Assembly (NCBI GenBank): GCA_040954595.2
Contig: CM082583.2
Span: 6,818,849 to 6,882,848 of the forward strand
Reading direction: 5' to 3'
Source of the DNA: Balanoglossus misakiensis
Lineage: Eukaryota; Animalia; Hemichordata
DNA: 64,000 nucleotides
Made by a program: the position numbers and the translations under genes. The notes beneath the pieces were generated by a model, which saw only the letters and a program-made list of their open reading frames with translations, made no database searches and was not told the DNA's origin. Below are positions 21,101 through 32,500 of this stretch, piece by piece; positions within the stretch are counted from its first letter, which is position 1; each line of letters begins with the position of its first letter.

Positions 21101-23642
21101 AAAGGAAAGGGTAAAGGAAAGAGCAAAGGTAAACGGTCAGCAAGTTTGTGTCTGGTTCAAGTTGGTTTCTCTAATCGTAGTTTGCACGGTCTCTAATACA
21201 TTGCAGACTTCTTTCATGTTGGTAGCAAGATCTCTCTCAAGTGTACATGTAGTTGGTTTTCATGTTGTATTACAGAGCAGACAGTGATGCTTGGCTTGTG
21301 ACAAATTACAGATTTTCACGGGATGGCCATGTGAAAAAAAGTGCACCACCACTGGTCATTCGAAGTCTTATGCACATCCTTTTACCCGTATATGGGCTTA
21401 TGTCAATTAGAGGTGATTTTACTACTCCTTTACTTTAATTATTTCCCGGTCCTGTTGCAGCTCCCAAAGAGAACGACGAAAAGTCTCCAAATCAGGGAAA
21501 GCTGAAACAGAACGCAAGCGCCAATAAGATCGCACAGTTGAACTTTGCGCTTCTTTACCTCTGCGACGAAGTTTTCAAGAGCCCCCACTCGACCAATGAA
21601 GACAAGATGCTGGCATTCAAGGCTGGTCTGCATGCCTTGGAGTTGTCACAATTCAGATATGCTACCTCCAAGATGATCAAAGAAACAGAACAGGAATTTC
21701 TTGAAAAAAATGAAGAAAGACTGATGCGAACAATGAAAAGTAGGTGCTTCACTGCTAGGGACTAAATGGCACACTAAATTTTGTGGAAAGTTTTTAATTT
21801 TCTTGTATAACAGGCTGATAAGAGTTAAATGCTGCATTTTGATATGTACATGTAGTATCAGTCCAAAAGAGTCTGTCATCGTGCATTCATTCCTGTTTTT
21901 TCTTGTACCACAGATCTGAGTACCAGACAGCACCCTATGGAGTACATTGAGCAATACGTGGACACCCTATCCAGGGCCAAAACCAAGCACTACACGTACG
22001 GCCCCCCACTCAAGCTACTCAAATTCCTCAGCAGCCTGTGGTCTGTCCACCCGAAGCTGCGCATGAAACTGATCATCATGTGTAAGCATGTGCTGGGTCT
22101 GAGCAACGACCCCCTGCAGCAGGTCAGCAAGCGCAGCATGCTGGGTACCACCTGTGACATCTTTGTGGCCATCTTGGCCAACTTTGAGGACATGGTCGTT
22201 GCTAAGAAACAGCTGCATCATCTTGCAGAGGTCAGTGTACTCTCTCATTTCGTCCCGAGTGTGAAATAATCACACAAGACACTGAATGGTACAAATATAT
22301 ATAGATTGTGGATAAATGCATTCAGTTGATTATATATAGAGCATTATTTGTTTTATTATGCACAGGGCTTTTTGTCTGTACAGTGGTCTATTCAAATTAA
22401 TCATGATAATGAAGATTTTATCTGACTGTAACTCATATTATGTACTTTTAGTACACAATGTTGACACACAGATACATAGAAATACTGTTAAACTTATTCA
22501 TTGAATGTATGATGATGTATCTACTTCTTCTGCAGGTGCAAGACAGCATCTGCAACTTTCAAGATCCGGATCTAATCCATTCCATCTTCAAAGTTCTGAA
22601 GGAGAGAGCGGAACTGGACAGACAGATCGACATGGTCGCCGTGGTGAAAGTGGGAATCGCGGGAATCAAGTGCTTCAAGCAGGTCAGCCCGTCGTCCCGC
22701 AGGTTCTACTACACGTCCTCGTTCCACCACCAGAACGACGTCTTCCACTTGGCGGCCAAGCTGGGAGTGGAGGGCGTTCCCTTGTTCCTGGGAAGTTGGC
22801 AGGAGTACCTGAAGGCCGTGGAGCTCATGGACTACCTCCGGAAGCTCAAGAACGCCATCGGGCAGGACGAGTGGTCGTCGCTGCCGGACATCATCGTCGA
22901 CCTGCTCAACGAGTACCTGTCGCTGTCGCCCATGCTCACGGACAACAACATTGAGGACATGATGCTGGTGTTCGACCTGGAGAACCGCAAGCTGGCCTCC
23001 GTGCCCAACACCATCCTGGCCAACGCGAACAAGTACGAGGCGAACAGCCTGTTCCGGCTGTCGCGGCACTACTTCAAGCGGGGGCGGCACCCGTCCGGCG
23101 CCAGCCAGAAGCTGATCGAGGCGGCCTTCCAGAACCTGAACAACTCTGTCCTCCTCGGGCGGGAGGAGAGCATTATGCACTACGTGAAGTGGGCGTTCAC
23201 CTCGTGCACGGCGACGCAGATCAACATCCTGCTGACGAAGGTCAGGGACTTCAAGAAGTGCTACAGCTCCGTGGCCCAGGTCTACGGCAAGAACTTGTCC
23301 CGGTTCTGGGGGTCGCGCAAGCAGGACTTCGAGAAATTCCAGGACACCCTGCGGGAGAGGAACGGGCAGGTGAAATTCCAGCAGCCGTTCTCGGAGATCA
23401 TCCTGTCCGGTTACAAGGGCTTCTTCTCCGGTTGGCTGAGCCGGATCGAGACCACCACCAACGTGTACCAGGACTTTGTGGAGGCCCTGCAGGTGTCCAT
23501 CAGCAAGTGCACCGAGGTGAGCAAGGAGGTCTTCAGGAGGGAAGTCCTCAGGCCCATCCGCCTGGCCGACGAGTGCACTCGCAAGCCCAAACTCTGTTCC
23601 CTCATGGATAGAACTTTCCCCGAGATAACGCATCACAATTGA
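12137..23642 (+). CDS. Divergent ZSWIM4/5/6/8-family SWIM zinc-finger protein (BC-box/cullin-box E3 substrate receptor), 14 coding exons, ~1155 aa
   Basis: Exons 12137-12197, 16518-16663 (BC-box-like PLSLLDIAAK), 17034-17169 (IAFWAFPRDESEIKLY), 17599-17762 (FERCKIVSMTCSGC...WCSHILATVIYRIRH, SWIM), 18047-18173 (APMTESLSALNRDQLQKLLQY), 18271-18436 (LPDPTIG), 18711-18859 (RELMARRD), 19124-19280, 19735-20067, 20466-20601 (LLLHGY), 20939-21128 (alternative donor after 21110), 21461-21739, 21914-22230 and 22536-23642. Phases are consistent throughout and the motif order follows ZSWIM4/5/6/8. The first exon and the exon-11 donor are the least certain parts. Confidence 0.85.
15629..15678. repeat. 25-bp tandem duplication
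   Basis: CATGACCTAATATTATGCGTCGGTT followed by CATGACCTAATATTACGCGTCCGTT. Confidence 0.8.
20075..20104. repeat. (TG)n microsatellite just after the ZSWIM exon-9 donor
   Basis: Read directly from the sequence. Confidence 0.9.
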
Positions 23643-26349
23643 GTTGGACAAGAAATCCATCACTGACATGCTGCTTGTAGCTTAGAGTGACAGATGCTTG
23701 TGGGAAGAACAACAGTGCTAAAAGACACCCTAAAAACTTACAACAAGACGATGACATCATAATGTCCTTTGTTCACTGGGTTACTTCATGTGTATGTTAT
23801 GAAGTACCACGTGAATGTTTTTTTTTTCATAATCTAGTGTGAATCTTTGCTGAAAATGTGAAGTGAGATCTTGGTACAAACTCTCCCCAATTGGTTCATT
23901 TCATAAGGAGTACTGGTCATGTGCATTTATCAGATTATGTTTCGTTTTGTATCCCCCACTGTCTTGTACACGTGTAATGAAGCACACAGTAAGGATCTAC
24001 AACACTACACGCTGATGTTGATAATTTTTTTTGCCATAGATATTGCAGCAGTATTTTCATCAATGACTTATTTCATGGCCTTACATTTCAAAAACTAGCA
24101 TGGTTGCCCATATTTTTATAGTTCTTACAAAGGATGTTCGAAAAATCAGAAATTTTAAAGTAATAAATTACGTTAAATTTCACCAATCGGACATCCTGAA
24201 TGATACAAATGTCCTTTTCCAAACGACACTTGTAAAAAAAATCTGAAGTTTTGTTACTATTTTTTTATCATTATGATGGAAAGCTCAAAAACTTTTAAAG
24301 AAAGTTTATTCTGTATTTTGCCACTAGAATAGATGTTCCATGTTCATGTGTTTCTCCACTCCATGCTTGCCATTTTGTTCGAGTGCCCCCTGTACTCTTG
24401 ATGAAAATAGCAGAACAAATTTTATACGTTCAGTTACTGCATCGTTTAGTGTTTTCTCGTGATTGATGATGTTGTTGTTTTCTGCCCTAGCGTTCACATC
24501 ACTCTTTTTTTATTGTAGAAATACCCAGTCATTGCTTGTCGCTTTTCAAGACGCACATCAGAAAATTTAAACTCCCCAAAATATGTCTTGCTGATGGACA
24601 GCCTCACAGACATATCTCGCGTTTCTTTCACAAGGATGGTCATAGATCTCACACCAGAAAGACTTTAGAATCTTCCGAACAGAAGCATCTTTCATGAAAT
24701 AATGAGAAGACACACAACAGTTTTGCCACCATTCTGTTTCGAATTTGAACAAATGTCAACAGCTGAGCTACAGGGCAGACAACTTGGTGCACACTCAGCA
24801 TTTAATACTTGCAACTGGACAAATCCACCTAAATGATAGAAACTACCAAATCACAGGGAGGTCCTGTTCTGACGTCTCCAGAGGTCACATCTGCCACAAC
24901 AGCTGAATTTAGAAAATAGGTCTGCATTGTGTGTTGTAATCCTTGTTTATTGGTTTATACAAGGAAAACAAAAGTACTGTTACAAACTTGCAATATTATC
25001 GGTAGACATCCAGTTTAGATGTGTATCATTTGAATGGCTAATATGGGATAAAACTGTTGAGACTGTATTGTGTTTCAGACTATAGTTACAGTTTGAACTG
25101 GACAATAGGACTGGGGACATTTTCTGAGATTTCCTGTGCAAAGACGGAACAGTGTCAATCGCATTCATGTTTCTACTTTAGAAAACAAATCAGTTTAGAA
25201 AGGTTTGACTGTGTTGAAGCCAAGAATACAGTGAGCTGTCCCAATTTACTGTTGTGTTTTGAGATTTTTCAAGGAGACACTTAAATTTTTCCATCATTTC
25301 TCAAAGTACCTTAAACACTTGTTGACAATTCAGTGATTTGCGGGTGTCCATTTATACTACTGCTGATCATTGCCAATGTATATAGTCAAGTGTTTTGAGA
25401 AAATAAAACATGCATTCCCGGTTGGAACTTCGTTAAAAAAATGTTTGTGGACATGTTTAGTGTGAATGTGAAATGAAACAAGCTGCTATCTATTTGCATA
25501 TTACAGGCAAGTGCACCTGTGTTGCATACTGAATAAGAGGTCACGTGAATCTGCATATAGCAAGCAAAGCATCTGTTGTTTCCCTCGCTGGGCAAACCAG
25601 ACAGCGTGGAGGTCACAGTATTGAAAGCATGCGTAGGAAAGCATTTTACACTGAACAAATAATTGTCGCGGGCTCTCATGGTAGCCAAGCCAATTGGACA
25701 GCATCACGTGGTATCTGACTGGCATTTTAGACACTTACCTCCATATGTTATGAACAGCTATGTGAATCTACTGTGTGTTGATTTATCAGCAAATTATCCT
25801 GCATCGTTCCAGCTGCTGTATTTCAACCATTCACTCCGTAGTCTTCAGGTAAGAATACGTGTAGACAGATTATGCATTGTTTTAACTTGCCACAAATTCA
25901 TTCACTCCATTGAGTTATATTTTTATTGTTACTACACAGCCCATCATCACTCAAATTATATTAGGATTGGTGTAGACTAACTGTGGTAAGCACAAAGAAC
26001 ACATTACAGTGTACCAGGTACATGTATGTCTTCCGACTCCTGGGCATACAGTGAAATACTTCTTAGTGAATGAAATCCTCCATAGGTTTTACATGTATCG
26101 TAAGTATGCAGAGATGTGAATAGTGACCTGCACCTGAGTTGAGTTGAATTCTGACTTGTGAACTTAGTTGGTAGGTTCAGAAACAGTAGCTGGCATAAGG
26201 AATAGTCAAAGGCAGCCAGTAAAACGATAACATGTTAGAAAATCAGGGAGGTATTTTATATTTGTTTAATGATATCCATATCTGGGCTATAACAGGATGA
26301 TTAAAAGTGCATATAAAAGAAACACATTATATGTATGATGCATGAATCT

Positions 26350-26355
26350 TTTATT
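26350..26355 (-). other. Candidate polyadenylation signal of DAP3
   Basis: TTTATT on the plus strand (AATAAA on minus), ~245 nt after the stop codon. Confidence 0.45.
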
Positions 26356-26598
26356 TCTTCGAAATTTATATATTACAAAAAAGAGAGCAAATGATCCCCC
26401 CCCTTTTCTGACACACATAGGCAGTTGTATACAGCGCCCTCTCTGGCAATGTTTGAAAAGTCAAACTTCATTTCTGAGTCTTCCACACAACTGCGATGGC
26501 CGTTTCTTCAGCTTGGCTAATGTGGGACTGATATTTTTATGCTTGCCATGCACAAGATAACCATTGTACAAATTGAAACCAAGTGCTTGCACTAAAGT

Positions 26599-29500
26599 TC
26601 ATATGCCGCCACAAATTCTGTCGACTTCTGCTGGGTTGTAGTAACTCAAGAATTTCAATTCCTTTCTGCCATCGTCGGTCAGTGCTGAAATAGAAAGATT
26701 TTAACAGTTGAGGAATAAATGTAATAAAGTGCAATGTCTAACTGCGCCACATGACAAAAAGGCAATGTATAACATTACTGAATACTTCTGAACCCAGGGT
26801 TCTCCATTTATGGTAAACTTTGATTTTATGCTGCCATCATTTGAGATGAACATGATGTAGCTGTACTCACCTTGTGGATGTTGTAACCATTGTCTTTCCA
26901 CATAATAATCTACACAACTCTCAATTTCTTTCTCACTGTATTTGTCAACATGCATAGGAATGAAAGGGTCCATTAGTTCAAACCCCTGCAAATAAGGGAT
27001 AAAAACACATGTAACTACTGAGAATTATCTCTAATTTTATCATCATTTCAAAATGAAAGTGACAAGTTTTAGATGTGAGGTGCAAAGCTAAACGCCTTAA
27101 TGGAAAGGATGGAATACGAGTAATGTTGTAAAATCAGAGTTCAACCGACCTCTTTCATAAGTAGATATTTTGGCATGTGTGATTCATTAGGCTGTTTGTA
27201 AACACCATGTTGATCTACCGAAGTCACTATGGCTCCGTTTTTCTGAAAAAGGGGAAACATTGGAAAGTTAGCAATAAGTTGATAGGATTAATTTAACATT
27301 CGACTTTTAGTCCTCTAAGCTGGGTGGTGTTGATTCTAAAGCACCAGACTTCATGTTTTTTTTACGAATAATGAAAACATAAACACATACCCACTCTGCC
27401 TTCAGCATCTTTTTAAAATGTTTGACAAGGGACAGCTCTCTGACATGTACCTGTGATGATCATACAAAGTTATTTTTAGTGAGGCATTGGTTGATAGCCT
27501 TTAGTCTTTCCTGAACATTTATCTTTCACTTGTAATATTAAACTCTGACAAAGCTTCAAGTATAAGCCTTCAAAACTCGTTTAACCCTTCACCCCTCAGT
27601 TCCCTCTTTCTAGGTCCAATTTACCACAGAAAACAATGGGTTTGGGCTGAACCATAGTGGTGAAAGGGTTAAGTGAGCTGAATTACATAATAATTTCCAA
27701 CTTGATTCTTCAATAACCCAAGTCTAGTGACACAACTACTCACAATGGTTCGATCTTCTCTCCTGGTCTGTGTGATGTCACCAAAGAATGCATTGACTCC
27801 ACGGACGGCCAGTAAAAGCCTGAAGTTTTCACTGCCACTCTGGAGCTGCAATTCCTTGAGAACTACCCCCACTGCATCACATGAATTCTTGGCTCTGTTG
27901 ATACCCTGCAAGAAGCCATTGACAGGAGAACAGATATAAGAAAAAGTAGAATGGGTAGAAGAGCGCCCTCTGTGGTATGAAAAGTGAATCAAAACATATA
28001 CGCCTTGTAATGCTAAACAGAGATTTTCTGTTAACACCTGCCATGTGCACCCTTTATGTCCATAATCTATATTGATTTATTTTTGAAGAGCAGATGTGAG
28101 AGTAAAATATCGGTAATCCAGTAGCAATAGTTTTACGATGTGGTTTAAGGTACATGTATATACAACATAATGAATGCCAAGTCTGGAAGTTGCTAGCATA
28201 CCTGATCAACAACCTCTAGAAGTGGTTGTCCAGCTTCAGTAAATTCTCTTCTACTCCATGTATATTTGTTGCTTGTTTTGATCTGAAAAACAAACCGAGA
28301 ATAAGTAACATTTTCCGTCTTATTTCTGCCTATTACAAATTGAAACGCAACTGGTAAAATTGAAAGATTTTCAGACTGCCGCTCTGCCAGTGGTTTTCCG
28401 ACAGTGGTGAGATCATCATGAATGTCCATACCTGTTTCAGAAAATGTTCATTCCTTATTTTGAAATGTTTAAGCCACTCGATACCGGCGACAGGTTTATC
28501 CACTAAATCCTCATTGTACGATGATGCATTGACATCCCATCTCTTGTCTCTGTTCCAGCTGTGTGCTGAAAAAAAAAACACATATCAAAATTAAGTACCA
28601 AACAAAAAATTAGTGTGTTTTCCAAAATTACTACTCTAAATATTGTTTGTGAGAGTGTTTACAATGCAATTTTGTACATTTATAGGTGTATTACATAAAA
28701 TTACTCACAAAGTGAAAAAATACAACAAAAACTGTATATAAAAGTCTATGAACCCTTTCAAAACCCCGAACCTGGTGAGAATCACGTAACTGCATTCCCC
28801 TTGTATGGGTGAAATCAGGCCTATCCAATGAAAACAACCTCTACACCTTTAGAGGTCAGAGGTCAAATGGTAAATTTGCCCAACTGTCAATCATTCATGC
28901 TATTACTGGCTTCCTGTAGGTGGTTATGTTTTGTAACATTTAAATATGGCTCCTAGGCAAAATAAATAAAGCTGAATATTTTCCAGGGGTAAATTTATTT
29001 TGATCAAAGGAAGGAACAAATAGGATGCAACTGGGATAATTTTTAGCAGATTATAGATAGAAACATGCAAAATGATTAAAGTACACTTTACAGGGGTCAC
29101 TGAGGTTAGGCCACATAGAAACCAGTATTCCATATTTATGGCATACACTTTTGGTGTCAGGGCCCACTGGGGTCAACTCTAGTATTAACTTTTCATTCAA
29201 GCAAATTCACAGGTGCCAATTATCATTTGAAGCTCAGACTGGGAATCGCATGTGAATTTAGGTAAAAAAAATTATCAAAAAATATTGGACAAGAAAACTG
29301 CTTTAATTTGAAGGTAGCTGATGTCTTTCCTTCGGGTGTATTTTTTGTGTGTGTGCAGAATATCATGACCTTATTTTTTTATGATGGATTGAGATATTAT
29401 CCAATATACTAGTATTTAAAAGATGTTGGAAATTACGCAGTGATTTGTAGTGTTTAATGCAGGTTATCTTTTGTGTGGCAAGGGTAGTGTAAATAAAAGA

Positions 29501-32500
29501 GGCTGCCACCATGACAGCCAAAGGTCACACAGGTCATTTACTAGGGTCATATCACACAGTGTGCATGGCATCAAGGTCAGAGTTCAAAGGGTTCGCGAGT
29601 CGTGTGAATGGAAATGCCACCATCAAAATAGCAGCTGGTTTGCACAGTCCGAACACACATATTTCCTGCTGCATGACAATAAAATGTAATATATATCTTG
29701 AAAGCTTGTCGACAGGTGTGTGCGCTAGACGCTCCTAATTGGCCACCTGCCCGGGAAAACGAAAAAAACCCTCCGGGTGTTCCGGAAAGGTCATGGATAT
29801 TTTAGAGTCTTGAGATCTCCACAATACTTCCAGGCTGATTTCAGGGTCTTCGTCTGATCGTAAACAAGCCCATGTATCAATCAATTCAAACAACTGGCTA
29901 TCATTATCATCATGTATCTGGTTTGAATTGGGATATAAATTAATACAGTAATTTGAAACCAAAGAGATATTGTGAAAAAATATGAAATATACAAAAAATA
30001 TCAAAATAAGTTATAAAGATATATATGACATTTCTTTTGCCTTCTGATGAAGCCCAATACTCCCAGTTCCTGCCGAGTTATATTTTCATACAATATTTTT
30101 CTATTCCTATTTTTCTGCATAAAATGTGTCATATATTCACAGTAAGAGACTTCCTGGCAACCTGTGTAACTTCTGGCTGCTTTAATAATTCATAGCATCC
30201 GAATAAACCCTCGAAAGTTTCTATTTCTGAAAATAAGATCTCATGTTCCATCCAGGATTCTGTAATCTCGCTGAGGTGATAAAACTGAAATGAATACGCC
30301 AACCGTTTTGGTTCACATCGTGACCTCATGACCCGTGATGGAATATACACCTACAGCAGTCTGACTGAATTATTATATTTTCAATAGCCCTGCAAGAGCT
30401 GCTCCCCTGATGCATTGTGGGATACAGCAATCATCAAATCGCATAAACAGCGCCCTCACACATTGTCATGCTTTACTATAATAATATTACTAGCATACAT
30501 GCTAATAGTGTGTGTGTTTTATTTTTACTGCGTGGAAAAATCAAAACTGAAAATGAACAAACAAAAATGAATAAATCTACTTCTGTCACACATTGTGTAC
30601 ATTTTTGACTTCTGACCAATCAGAAAATATGAATTTAATACATCCGAATTTTAGACTGTGTTGGAATAAATTGGTATAATATTTTACGGGACCTTTACAC
30701 AAACTCATCATTTCAATGACATTTAAAATTATAACAGCCTTTGAAATGTTGCATTTAACAAAAGAAAAAAAGATCTGATATGTCAAATGTGTCACCTGCT
30801 TAAAAATTGGTGTCAAAAAAGTCAAGGTTGAACCAGGAAATTGGTGTCGACTCGATAATGTAGTGATTTCTGCACAACAAGTACGATTTGAGTGCTATTC
30901 CATGTCAGTTATTGCTTTAATCATTTCGGTATCGTCATTGCTCCAGTCGGATAATGCCATGGAAATTGATACATATGTAGCGCTTTGTAACCATTTTTCA
31001 TGCTTCATTTGATCCAAATAGAACGGTAAACAGATTGTCGGTTGGGGGTGGGCGTGGCTGACATCAGCGGCTTTCAGTGAGAGTTTTACGGGGTTGTCAG
31101 CGCGTCGGTGGCATTGTCGGGGTGGCAAGGCTCTGTCATGTGTGTGAGCAGAATTTGAATGACGTGGGAGGGATGATTACTGCCAGTGTGTGGACATTAT
31201 TCCTCTCGGATAATGCTATCTGCAAACTGGTTGCAGCGTGGTCACAGATGGCCCGATGCCTCATACCAATGCATCATGCATGATACCCAGTAGAATGAAA
31301 TCTGAATTCTGTTTATTCATGGTGTACCAGACGTATCACAATGAATTGAAATGATAATTTTCATCCCCAGCATTTAAAAAACATGAAAATCCGTGGGTCA
31401 AATTAAAACAAAATTAACACTTTCTCACAAAGAATTACAATGAGTTACACGTTTTACTGTAACTGTCGGATGGTATGTCAATAGCAACTACAATCAGTCA
31501 ATCAATCATTCAATCAATCAATGGTTAATTAAATTTGATAGCAAGTGTCATACAAGAAAGAAAATTCACGGACAGGATTGTTAATCTATTTAGGTCTAAT
31601 TAGTTTGCATCTATAATTCAGCTAGCTAATTATCTCTATTATTAAACCGAACACCAGACTGAGTTCTGTGGTACGTTTTACATTTTCCCCACTATCACAA
31701 TTTTAATCAAGTGTGTGGATCTATCAAGTGATGATGCACATATTATTAACAACACACTGAATGCTGCATCATGCTAAAAGTGAATTGTACAGAATTATTA
31801 CTGAGTGGTAATTTAAATGACCCTTTTTTCTTTCTCAGTTATTGTGCAAGGCTTGTCATAAATCAGTCAAGAAAAGTATCGCATCTTTTCCATTCAAGAT
31901 GTACGTTACCCTAAACAAGTGTGACGTGAGGAGTAATTATGAAAGCCAACATTTGAGGCATAAACGTATGTCGCCAAAGATTTTTTTTTTTCAAGCGTGT
32001 AAATAAATATTAACACACACAATGCAGAAATAAAACACTGACCTCAACAATAGAATTACAGAAATAGCAATGATGAAAATAATATGCTGGTTGGGAAAGG
32101 AATAAATTTAGAAGATTACCCATGATGGACAGAACCATTGTTTGGTGAGCAAATATTGACAGTATGAAAAAATAAAAATGAAAATAGCACATGGCCTTGA
32201 AAAGACCACTGCTCACGTAGCTGTATTGTTCCCACTGGTCAAAAATGATATAATGAATTTGTCATATGTCTTAAGGTCAAATTAAATGAGGTATTGATAA
32301 CTTTCACCATAAACAATTTATCAGCCTAATGAGAGGCCACCTTTAAATAGTGATTAAAGAAATTAATGACTGACAAAGGTTAGCATTTTAATGTTCAGAT
32401 ATAATTATATTAGATTTTTATATGGTAATATCTCAAGGTTAATATGCCAGGTGAAAATGATCAGTGGCCTAAAATGAAAGTACCGGGAAAATATATTTTT

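Noticed and set aside
22458-22535. ATG start of the 394-aa ORF as a stand-alone gene
   Set aside because: The first 26 codons are AT-rich intron ending in a polypyrimidine tract and CAG. The remainder splices in phase to upstream ZSWIM exons.
22572-23669. 365-aa antisense ORF
   Set aside because: It is the shadow of the high-GC3 ZSWIM terminal exon in the mirror frame and has no recognisable motifs.
29735-31128. Several 70-90-aa minus-strand ORFs in DAP3 intron 5
   Set aside because: No recognisable domains or coherent splice structure. ORFs of this size are expected by chance or from decayed repeats.
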